Positions 1-8,465 of a stretch of DNA of 64,000 nucleotides are shown here, piece after piece. Below the pieces are notes generated by a model. The model was not told the origin of the DNA. It saw nothing but the letters and a program-made list of their open reading frames with translations, and made no database searches. Positions within the stretch are counted from its first letter, which is position 1. Each line of letters starts with the position of its first letter. The position numbers were made by a program, and so were the translations under genes. The DNA comes from Promethearchaeota archaeon (lineage in GTDB: Archaea > Asgardarchaeota > Lokiarchaeia > Sigyniarchaeales > SOKP01), in assembly GCA_048940925.1 (NCBI GenBank), contig JBHLOC010000028.1, positions 8,274-72,273 on the forward strand, read 5' to 3'.

Positions 1-616
1 GAAACAGAAACCTTCCGTCTTGATGAAAAGATATAGTTAAAACATTAGGATCATCATAGAATAACCATTGAACTCCATCCCCATGATGACAATCTATATC
101 TAAATAAGCAATTCTTATACTTTTTTCTAAATTTTGGAGGTGTTTTATTGCAACGCCAATATCATTAAAAATGCAAAATCCTGATGCTTTATTTCTTAAT
201 GCATGATGAAGACCTCCCGCAGGATTAAACGAAACTTTAAAATCCTCTTCATTCCAAACTTTTTCTGCTGCTAAAATACTGGCACCACATACTAAAGTAG
301 AAGCTTCATACATACCCTTAAATGCAGGAGTATCTCCAGGACCTAATCCATAAATATTAGGAGAAATAGCTTTACTTTTTGGATTTTCACTCAATCTCTT
401 AACAACATTGATATATTCTTGTGAATGAATTCTTTCTAACTCTTTATCTGTTGCCATTCGAGGTTTTACAATTTCTAATCTAGGATTAATCAGAAGATTT
501 AATTTTTCCATAAGACTGTATGTTAATTTAAGCCTTAGGGGTCTAAAGGGATGATCCTTTCCAAAATCATATTGTTGGTATTCCTCGGTGTAAATTAGAC
601 CAACTCTATCAACCAT
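1..616 (-). CDS. Histone deacetylase / AcuC-family Zn-dependent deacetylase (3' end runs off the window)
   Basis: Not in the ORF track. Manual translation from ATG at 616 gives MVDRVGLIYTEEYQQYDFGKDHPFRPLRL...GDTP...GGLHHA...SGFCIFND...YLDIDCHHGDGVQ...TISFHQ, all HDAC-family motifs. Confidence 0.93.
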   Translation of the reverse strand, partial: MVDRVGLIYTEEYQQYDFGKDHPFRPLRLKLTYSLMEKLNLLINPRLEIVKPRMATDKELERIHSQEYINVVKRLSENPKSKAISPNIYGLGPGDTPAFKGMYEASTLVCGASILAAEKVWNEEDFKVSFNPAGGLHHALRNKASGFCIFNDIGVAIKHLQNLEKSIRIAYLDIDCHHGDGVQWLFYDDPNVLTISFHQDGRFLF

Positions 617-825
617 AATAGATATAAAAATTCAGCTTCCTATTAATTTTTTTAAAGCTTAAAATATAAGTCTGTATCAAACTTCTCTCGTATAACTCAT
701 ATTTTTTAAACAGATGTAATAATATTTAAGAGAGTAGTATTATCAAAATATTATAAGAATAAATATATGTGTGCAAAAAAGTTCATTTAGATATAATTCT
801 TTTAAAGGGAACCTATAATTTAATC

Positions 826-1380
826 ATGTCTCAAGTGTTTAAGAGTTTTTTAAATCGTGTCGCTCGTGAGTCTGAATTTAAACCATTAAAGAATCAATTA
901 CTTAATTATTTAAAGAAAGAGAGCGAAAATAAATACAAAAATTATCCCAGATTATTAGAATTAATGAATGAATATTGGCCCGAATACCAAGATCGCTCAC
1001 GTATTTCTCACCTTTTAAAAGATCATTATGAAGAGATTTTTTCTTTTTATTTAAATTCTTTTTTTCATTTTCGAAAACGAGGACTTTCATTTTTAGATCC
1101 AGAAGCCCCAACGCCAGTTGATTTTAAGCTCGTGTTCAAATACCATTATAGTTCTAAAGAAATTGAGGTTGTTGAGGAAATAATGAAAAACCAAAAGATT
1201 GAAGCGAATACAGAATCGATATTAAAACGAGTTTTTATTTTTGCTATTAGTTCTTTTGGTTTTATAGTCGAACAAATATTTGGTAGACCATTTGCATTTC
1301 AATTCTTTGATATTACATCTGCTCCACTACCCAATAATGAATGTGAAGTAGTTGCAATCATATCAGGAAGAGAACAATAA
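826..1380 (+). CDS. Hypothetical protein
   Basis: Open frame 769..1380. ATG at 826 (MSQVFKSF) is the more likely start. No recognisable motif. Confidence 0.6.
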   Translation: MSQVFKSFLNRVARESEFKPLKNQLLNYLKKESENKYKNYPRLLELMNEYWPEYQDRSRISHLLKDHYEEIFSFYLNSFFHFRKRGLSFLDPEAPTPVDFKLVFKYHYSSKEIEVVEEIMKNQKIEANTESILKRVFIFAISSFGFIVEQIFGRPFAFQFFDITSAPLPNNECEVVAIISGREQ

Positions 1381-1403
1381 GAAATTATTTTTTTTACCTT
1401 AAG

Positions 1404-1835
1404 TTATTTGTTATTACTTAAAAATGAGCTGAGATCCATAATATCATCACCTCTTTTAACTTGGATCTTGCTTCTAATCCCTTTAATTTTTCGTTCGAGA
1501 AACAAGATTGCATCAAGTGGAATTCTTCTTGGAATGCTTCCTCTTTGTCTAATAATCATTAATAGATAATCTATATTATGAAGTACATCTGGACTTATCA
1601 TTTCATTATATATTGCTTGATAGACTTTTGGATCTCTAATTTTCAAGTTATTCAAATAATTATATGCTTCAGGGGCCAAGACCATTTTTAATATATATTC
1701 GATTTTTTCTGATACCGAAATAGCTTTATCTTTACTTGCTTCTTGTTGTTTTTTAGCTTCCATTAGTGCTTTCATTTTTCTCATACGAATTTTCTCTAGT
1801 TCGTGTTGTTCAAAATCCTTATGATTGTTACTCAT
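1404..1835 (-). CDS. PDCD5/TFAR19-like DNA-binding protein
   Basis: ELEKIRMRKMKALME...ILKMVLAPEAYNYLNNLKIRDP matches the PDCD5 pattern (ELxxIRxxRxxEL...IL..L.PEAxxRL.NL). It has a short C-terminal extension. Confidence 0.75.
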   Translation of the reverse strand: MSNNHKDFEQHELEKIRMRKMKALMEAKKQQEASKDKAISVSEKIEYILKMVLAPEAYNYLNNLKIRDPKVYQAIYNEMISPDVLHNIDYLLMIIRQRGSIPRRIPLDAILFLERKIKGIRSKIQVKRGDDIMDLSSFLSNNK

Positions 1836-2095
1836 TTATTCAGAATCACTTTAATTTTAACTTTGATCCTTCTAAGTCTTTTCAAATAATCCTTAACTTT
1901 CTTTTAACTAACTTTTTCTAGTAAAGAAAAATATAAAATAGAATAATAATTTTTTGAGTTTTAGTTTATAGATATCATCTTATATTAATTTCTTGAAAAG
2001 AAAGTGTTAAAAATTAGGTAATACTACTTATCTATAATTACTTTAGGATTAGAAATAAATTTTAATTTATAAATCCAATAATAAAGGTCTATTTT

Positions 2096-4321
2096 ATGAA
2101 AAGAATAAATGAATTAATCTTCTTTTTGGTTCTTTTTTGCTGTATAAGTGGTATTTTTCAAAATTATCCAATTTTTCTGAAGAATTTAGAAATAAATACA
2201 CGAACTCTTAACAATGATATCGATAATCTTAATAAATTTCAAGATTTACACATAGGCAATTCAATCTATTCAAGTTATAATCTATCAGTGGAATTAGATA
2301 ATTTAACTTCTACATTAGAAGGTAAATTAGAAGTAGATTTTTATAATAATGATCAAGTGAATTTTAGTAAACTTCCTTTTCATATTTATTTATCTGGTAT
2401 GAATTTCACTTCCAGACCTGGAAAAATTGATATTATTGACGTCAACAAGTCAGATAAAACACCTTTAGTTTATGAAGTATACCCCCAAAACCAAACCATG
2501 TGGATACATTTAGATACCAAGCTAGAACCTTTACAGAGAACCTTATTTGATATTTACTTCAATGCAACACTGCCTGATGGTGGAATTGACAGATCAAATT
2601 CTCATGGTAATAATTATGATCAATCTCGAATCTATAAATGTGCTGGATTTTACCCTATGCCATGTGTTTATGATATTTATGATGGTTGGAATACAGATCC
2701 ATATCTGCATATTGGAGATCCATTTTATTTTGATATGGCTTATTATGATTTTTACATTACTGTGCCTAATGGAATGGTTGTCGCTGCCACAGGAAAGTTA
2801 ATTGAGAAAGTAAGTGATGGTTTTTTAACAACCTATTATTTCAATCCAAACCATCCCGTGAGAGAAGTAACATTTTCAGCATCAACATGGTTTTATGTGG
2901 AATCTACTTTGGTTAATGGAGTTAATGTTTCTACCTATTATTTACCAAAATCTCAGTTTATATGGGAAAATAACGCATTAATTTACGCTATTCAAGCTTT
3001 AACTCTTTTTAATGACACATTTGGTGAATATCCATATCCAACACTTAATATTGTCGAAGAGTACACATATTTTGGAGGTATGGAATATCCATGCCAAGTT
3101 TATATAACTGAATCTATCGATTATTGGTCTAATCCTCAATACTGGCTTGAACTTATAATTGCTCATGAGGTGTCTCATCAATGGTGGTATAATTTAATAG
3201 GAAATGACGAAGTTGATTGGGGATTTTTGGATGAGGGTCTCGCTGTTTGGTCTGAAAGTTATTATGCAGAAATTTTTTATGGAAACTGGATATATTTTCA
3301 ATATCCTCCTTGGATTGATGAAGTAAGAAATTATTATGCTGTTACAGGATTACCTTCAAAAATCAATGCTTCTGTATATAACGCTGTTAATGCAGATAAT
3401 TATTATTATACTGCTTATACAAAAGCTCCATTAATTATTGAACAATTGCGCAGAAATATTGGTAATGCATCATTTATAGATGGATTGAAATATTATTACA
3501 ACCAAAAAGTATACAAAATAGCAATGTTGTCAGATTTACAGCTTTCTATGGAGACAGTATATGGTAAATCTTTAGATTGGTTTTTTTTTCCCTGGTTTGA
3601 TAATTTTTATCTTCCTAAATACAATTTTATCTCATGTACATATGATATGAAACAAAAAGTCTTGAAACTTACAATAAATGATTTAAACGAACCTCTTAAC
3701 CCATACTCCTATTCTCAACAAGTTCCTCTGAGTTTATATGATAAGAATAATAATATGATATTCAATGATATATTTTGGATAAATGGAACTACATCATTGC
3801 AAATTTCGATAACAAATACACCTAATAAGGTGAGATTAATTTATACTGATGATGTTCTGGTTCAACTTGATTCTCCTTCTAAACTATATATAGAATCTCC
3901 TGTAGAGACTGTAGGCTTTCAAAATCCTGGATCCTTTACATTATCTAGCGATGCAGATGATCCAGATACAGACGGGGCTTTTAATCTTATATGGACTGAT
4001 TCTGATGGAGCAGATAATTACTCTATTTATCTACATAATAGTAAAATTACAGAAATAAACGAAACACTCACGACAGTTGTTTCTCAAACTGCAGTATCAC
4101 CCTTTTCAATAACAGGACTATCAAGCGGTGATTATTATTATATAATTGTAGCTTATAATGAAACAGGTCAAACAATGTCCAACTGTATTCATATTACGGT
4201 TAAAAAGGGTGGGGCTGATAGGGGGATTCCAGGGTATAATTCAGCTCTCCTTATTGGTGTTCTTTTTGCTATATCAATACTAATCTATAAAAAAGTAAAT
4301 GAATTAATTAAGAATTCCTAA
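2096..4321 (+). CDS. Exported M1-family Zn aminopeptidase with FN3-like domain and Loki-CTERM-type anchor
   Basis: N-terminal hydrophobic signal; GGMEY, HEVSHQWW and downstream DEG motifs; beta-rich FN3-like segment; C-terminal IPGY + TM helix + basic tail. Confidence 0.9.
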   Translation: MKRINELIFFLVLFCCISGIFQNYPIFLKNLEINTRTLNNDIDNLNKFQDLHIGNSIYSSYNLSVELDNLTSTLEGKLEVDFYNNDQVNFSKLPFHIYLSGMNFTSRPGKIDIIDVNKSDKTPLVYEVYPQNQTMWIHLDTKLEPLQRTLFDIYFNATLPDGGIDRSNSHGNNYDQSRIYKCAGFYPMPCVYDIYDGWNTDPYLHIGDPFYFDMAYYDFYITVPNGMVVAATGKLIEKVSDGFLTTYYFNPNHPVREVTFSASTWFYVESTLVNGVNVSTYYLPKSQFIWENNALIYAIQALTLFNDTFGEYPYPTLNIVEEYTYFGGMEYPCQVYITESIDYWSNPQYWLELIIAHEVSHQWWYNLIGNDEVDWGFLDEGLAVWSESYYAEIFYGNWIYFQYPPWIDEVRNYYAVTGLPSKINASVYNAVNADNYYYTAYTKAPLIIEQLRRNIGNASFIDGLKYYYNQKVYKIAMLSDLQLSMETVYGKSLDWFFFPWFDNFYLPKYNFISCTYDMKQKVLKLTINDLNEPLNPYSYSQQVPLSLYDKNNNMIFNDIFWINGTTSLQISITNTPNKVRLIYTDDVLVQLDSPSKLYIESPVETVGFQNPGSFTLSSDADDPDTDGAFNLIWTDSDGADNYSIYLHNSKITEINETLTTVVSQTAVSPFSITGLSSGDYYYIIVAYNETGQTMSNCIHITVKKGGADRGIPGYNSALLIGVLFAISILIYKKVNELIKNS

Positions 4322-4438
4322 TTTTTTTCAATTTTATTTTTCTTTTTTTAACTATGAAATTTTAGATTAGATCTATAGATTGATACTTTTTAAGAGAAAT
4401 AAATATATCACTTCTAATTTTTTTAATTAAAAGGAGAA

Positions 4439-4598
4439 TGGTCCCTCCCCCCGGAATCTAGCTAGATCCGAATTAGATCCATATTTCGAGCCGGGGACCG
4501 CTCGGTTTCAATTTCGACTGACGTATCTTCATTAGCTACAGGCTTTAATACGCGATATTATCTACAGCCGAGCACTCTGACCACTGAGTTAGGGAGGG
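4439..4598 (-). tRNA. tRNA-Tyr(GUA) with two introns (4507-4561 at 37/38; 4456-4484 at 59/60); CCA encoded
   Basis: Acceptor stem CCCTCCC/GGGAGGG (C1:G72, A73 archaeal Tyr identity), D stem ACTC/GAGT, anticodon stem CTCGG/CCGAG, anticodon GTA at 4565-4563, T stem CCCGG/CCGGG, terminal ACCA. Confidence 0.92.
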
Positions 4599-4858
4599 AA
4601 TATGGTTTAAAATTAAATAGTAAATTAATTAATTTATTTTTTATTATTTCCAATTTAGAGTACATAATAACAAGCATTTTTACAATATTTTCTTTTTTAA
4701 CTAAAAAAATACTCTATTTTGTTTAAGAAAACTTATTAAACAAAAAATTTTCCTATATTATTAACATATAAATTTCAATAAAAAATCGCAAACTACTTTT
4801 GTTGTGAAAAAATTTTATTATTTAATAGTCTTATAAAATTATACTAATATTTTTTAGA

Positions 4859-4866
4859 AAGGTGAT
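4859..4866 (+). promoter_or_regulatory. Shine-Dalgarno-like element (AAGGTGAT) upstream of E2
   Basis: GGTGA matches the archaeal SD core and lies 6 nt before the in-frame ATT at 4872. Confidence 0.6.
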
Positions 4867-4871
4867 TAATA

Positions 4872-5381
4872 ATTAGAGAAGAGACCGATTATACTGAAAG
4901 CATTGAGAGTTATAAAGACGATCCTAGTGTCATTTTAGAGCCATGGGGTAGAAGTATAGATCATTTAAGACTTACTATCATTGGGAAGAAGGGAACTCCT
5001 TACGCAGATGGAAAGTTCGTTTTTGAAATCAAATTCCCTGAGAATTACCCGTTCGCACCTCCCTATGCTTATGCAGTTACTTTAATGTGGCATCCTAACA
5101 TTGATTCATCTATTCCCCCAGGAAAATTGAATATATGTCTAGATTTAATTAATCCAGATCTAGTAGGTAAAGTGGATGCAAGTACTGGAGCAAGCGGTTG
5201 GACACCTTCAAAAACACTAACTAATATTATTGAAGCTTTAAAAGGGATGATGCATATGGAACCTCCCTTCTTTAATCCTGGAGATCCCCTTAACCATGAA
5301 GCCGGTGAACAATATTTTCGTGCTTTAAAGAAATTTGAAGCTAAGGCTAAAAGTTGGACAGCCAAATATGCCATGGATTAA
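4872..5381 (+). CDS. Ubiquitin-conjugating enzyme E2 (probable non-canonical ATT start; ATA at 4869 also possible)
   Basis: The frame of the 5085 ORF is open back to TGA at 4863 and encodes IIGKKGTPYADGKFVFEIKFPENYPFAPP...WHPNI...NICLDL...GWTPSKTLTNII...DPLNHEAG...AKSWTAKYA, a complete UBC fold with HPN and catalytic Cys. Confidence 0.93.
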   Translation: MREETDYTESIESYKDDPSVILEPWGRSIDHLRLTIIGKKGTPYADGKFVFEIKFPENYPFAPPYAYAVTLMWHPNIDSSIPPGKLNICLDLINPDLVGKVDASTGASGWTPSKTLTNIIEALKGMMHMEPPFFNPGDPLNHEAGEQYFRALKKFEAKAKSWTAKYAMD

Positions 5382-5470
5382 AGGAATTTAACTAGCTTTT
5401 ATTTCCTATTTTTATTTTTTATGTGTTAGACTTATAAATTTAAAAAGACTTAAATTTCAAGTTAAAAAAT

Positions 5471-6091
5471 ATGAAAGAGTTCTTATTTAAGAATAAAAAA
5501 GTTATAATTTTCGATTTAGATGGAACCCTCGTACATTTAAAAGTAGATTGGAAGTCATTGAAAAATAACTTAACTGAAAAATATAACAAACTTTATAAGG
5601 ATAAATGCAATTTTAAGAGTATTTCCGCATGTCTTAGCAAAATTGTAGAGAGGAATGATGAAAAAGTGCTTGAAGACTTTTTTAAAATTATTCGCCATTA
5701 TGAATTTAAAAATATTGGGGAAAATCGGCCAATTAAAGAAACAATTTCGTTTATCAATAATAGAGATTTATTTGGTATAGATAAAGATACTAAATTTGCA
5801 ATTTTATCACTTAATACAAGAAGTACAATAATTAATTCATTAAAATTAGCAAAAATCTTTGAAAAGGTAGATTATATAGTAGGAAGAGAAGATGTTATAA
5901 AATGGAAACCAGATCCGGAAGGTCTTTTTAAAATTAAATCTCATTACAATTTAAAAAATGAAGAAATGATATACTTTGGGGATAAAGAAAATGATATTAA
6001 AACTGGACAAAATGCTGGTATTCAGGTTCATTATATAGATGAGTTAATAGTTTTTATAAATAGAAAAATAGTTGAATTAAAAACTCTCTAA
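5471..6091 (+). CDS. HAD-family hydrolase (phosphoglycolate phosphatase-like)
   Basis: IFDLDGTL, KPDPEG and YFGDKEND motifs. Confidence 0.9.
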   Translation: MKEFLFKNKKVIIFDLDGTLVHLKVDWKSLKNNLTEKYNKLYKDKCNFKSISACLSKIVERNDEKVLEDFFKIIRHYEFKNIGENRPIKETISFINNRDLFGIDKDTKFAILSLNTRSTIINSLKLAKIFEKVDYIVGREDVIKWKPDPEGLFKIKSHYNLKNEEMIYFGDKENDIKTGQNAGIQVHYIDELIVFINRKIVELKTL

Positions 6092-6666
6092 ATCTGTTGG
6101 AAAGTAATGCCTTTTATTTTCATAAAGGTAAAAACTTCATCCTTTTTTTCAAAATACTTAAAAAAACCATAATTAGTTACTTTTGCTATAATTTCTTCAT
6201 CCTTTAGATGATGATCATCAACAGATAACCAACCTTTATCTTTTAAAACACGATACAATTCTTTTAAAATACTTTCTGGATCTGATAAATGATGGAAAAT
6301 ATCTAATAAAAGAACAACATCTATGCTTTTTTCTTCTAAATTTGTATCACAATCAGTTAGAATTGTTTGAATATTTTTAAGTCCTCTTTTTTCTGCTCTT
6401 TTTTTAACTTCTTCAATAGCTAAGGGATTAATATCAGCAGCATATACTTTTCCAGTGTTACCCACAACCTCTGCTGCGGCTATAGTATAACTCCCTGGAC
6501 CACATCCATAATCTAATACCAAATCTCCGTTTTTTATTTTTGTTTTTTCAATTTTTAGATGTGGTGGATAATCTTTATCACGTTTTTCAAAGTGTTTAAC
6601 CATAAACTTGAAATGAGTTTTACTCATTGGTATATCTTTTTTCTTTTTCTCTGGAAATGCCAACAC
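6088..6666 (-). CDS. Class I SAM-dependent methyltransferase
   Basis: VLDYGCGPG, YAADIN, SIDVV and LKELYRVLK motifs. Exact start uncertain. Confidence 0.88.
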   Translation of the reverse strand: MLAFPEKKKKDIPMSKTHFKFMVKHFEKRDKDYPPHLKIEKTKIKNGDLVLDYGCGPGSYTIAAAEVVGNTGKVYAADINPLAIEEVKKRAEKRGLKNIQTILTDCDTNLEEKSIDVVLLLDIFHHLSDPESILKELYRVLKDKGWLSVDDHHLKDEEIIAKVTNYGFFKYFEKKDEVFTFMKIKGITFQQI

Positions 6667-6697
6667 CTCTATTTAAGATATATATAAAAATAAAAAT

Positions 6698-8311
6698 TCA
6701 CATAAAAGTGATTATCACATTATATTTTTTAATTTCTGATTCTGCAAGTGCTTTTCCTAAAGGAGTTAATGTAATAATATCATTAGATTTTACTTTTATT
6801 GAAGTTAATTTGATATCAGGATCTTTTAGTGAGGGCATGTATGGATTCCAATATATCTCTTTAGTCATTGGATTAGTAATCATCCAAAATTCTGGATCCA
6901 AATTATATCCTGAAACCTCCATTGCGTTAAATATATAACCAATATCAGCATCAAAAGGCACTACAATTTGTACATTTTCCTCACCTTCGATCTTTCCGCA
7001 TGCTAAACAATCATCCCTTTTTATTATATTTAAATGATCAAATTGACCATAAATACCATTGTAGTTTATGTAAGGAGGATCCATGGGAGATCCAATATTT
7101 CTACCATTAACACGAAACAATAGTTTGAGTGCTTCTTGAGATTGAATACTTGCAATTACGGAACTGACAGTCTGAATCGCTGCTATTTTATTGCCAAGAA
7201 TATTTTCCATTTCTTCAAATTTGTAATCTGGACCAAATGTATTTCTTATATTATTTTTCCATTCTTTAATCTCTTCTTCAGTTAATGTCTTTCTTCTCTC
7301 TGGATTAACATTTTCATTAAAAACTCGTTCTCTTAATTGCTCTAATTCTTCTTGAGCTAATTCTTTTAATTTAAGAACGTCACTATTTAAATTAAGATCA
7401 GGTTTATGTCCATACTTTTTTTCAAAACTAACTTCAGCTTTTATAACACAATGATTTCTATTTCGAGGTAAACCTTTTAATGTGCATGCTGCAACTAATT
7501 TATCATCAGCTGGAGGAATTGGTACTAAGCATCTGTAACATGGCGTTTGATCTAAAAATTCTGGGGCGTATTTCCAGTCAAAAACCATTTCAATTTCTTT
7601 TCTAAATTTTTCTTTTAAGGGGTTAATTTTTTCTTCAATTAATTGTTCTATTTCCTCTTCGAGTTCTTCAATTCTTTTCTTAGCTTGAAAATATTCGGGA
7701 TATTCCATATCAGTAATCTCCCATAATCTCTCTTGCACTAAATTATCAATTTCTCTTTCTTTATCTTTATATTGTATACCAGAACCATCAGGAATTACAA
7801 TTTGAACATGACCCTCGAATCCGACAGTACCACCTTCAATCATCGGTTTTTTTAGTCTAAGACAGATTTTATTTAAGTCTAATCTAGCGTTAAAATTATC
7901 TAATGCTGCAATTATTACATCTGCTTCCTCATATACCGCTATAGGAAGTTTCTGAAGTTTTTCAAAATAAAAATCAACCTTTAAAAAAGGATTCATTTCT
8001 TTCAATCGTTCCGCTGCTACTTCTGCTTTAGGTCGTCCCTCATCTCCAGGTTTGAATAGCATTTGTCTAGATAAATTTGATGTTTCAATAGTATCTAAAT
8101 CAACTAAGATCAGCTTACCTATTCCCATCAGAGCGAAATCTTTTGCAATTTCACAGCCTTTCACGAAAATTATTATTTATAATATTCTTAATGCGCCTAC
8201 TCCGATGATTAAGATACATCCCTTATTTATAACATCTTGATCCCAGCCATCAATTAATTGTTGTCGGGCATACATCCGCAACTTTACTAAATCTTCTACT
8301 TTTTCTGTCAT
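6698..8311 (-). CDS. Ubiquitin-like activating enzyme E1 (UBA3/UBA2-like architecture); join(8189..8311, 6698..8158), about 527 aa after removing a 30-nt intron
   Basis: Exon 1: MTEKVEDLVKLRMYARQQLIDGWDQDVINKGCILIIGVGAL. Exon 2: GCEIAKDFALMGIGKLILVDLDTIETSNLSRQMLF..., ALDNFNAR, GTVGFEGH, PCYRC, catalytic ACTLKGLPRNRNHC, CLAC, and a C-terminal UFD-like domain. Confidence 0.9.
8159..8188 (-). other. Putative BHB-type (tRNA splicing endonuclease) intron in the E1 mRNA
   Basis: The 30-nt insert AGAATATTATAAATAATAATTTTCGTGAAA lies between the GVGAL and G codons, contains an in-frame TAA (8177-8179), and folds as bulge-helix-bulge with a 9-bp inner stem. Confidence 0.82.
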
Positions 8312-8465
8312 TTTAATTCTTTGTTTATGGTATTATAATAATATTATTCTTTCATCAAAATTTAAAATCTTTTAGTTAATTTTAAAGATATAATATGGAT
8401 AGATAAAATAAAAATAAACCAGTTTTAAATTTATAAAAAGTAGTAATTATTAAGCTAAGAAAACA

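Noticed and set aside
4621-4636. Perfect 16-bp palindrome TAAATTAATTAATTTA upstream of the tRNA; similar near-palindromes at about 51325-51390
   Set aside because: Almost entirely A/T in very AT-rich spacers, so plausible by chance. No supporting repeat elsewhere.
4845-4865. Selenocysteine readthrough of TGA 4863 to extend E2
   Set aside because: An in-frame TAA at 4845 lies just upstream with no start codon between. The TGA is part of the SD-like GGTGA.
5069-5374. Antisense and overlapping short ORFs in the track (e.g. 902, 5069, 6627, 8052, 8512, 11425, 18043, 20445, 22438, 32102, 34662, 36628, 51846)
   Set aside because: They are shadows of well-supported genes on the other strand or frame and carry no motifs of their own.
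7550-7790. E1 helical insertion as an intein or second intron
   Set aside because: No C/S...HN splice residues; it is an open, protein-like charged helix, and I found no BHB at its ends.
8162-8164. GTG start for E1 as given in the ORF track
   Set aside because: It would delete the YxRQ and GxGxxG elements needed for adenylation. The GTG lies inside the putative intron and forms part of its central helix.
8159-8188. E1 insert as a spliceosomal, group I/II, Sec/Pyl readthrough or transposon-footprint event
   Set aside because: It has no GT-AG ends and is far too short for a ribozyme. The stop is TAA, readthrough would leave 10 residues inside the Gly loop, and there is no target-site duplication.
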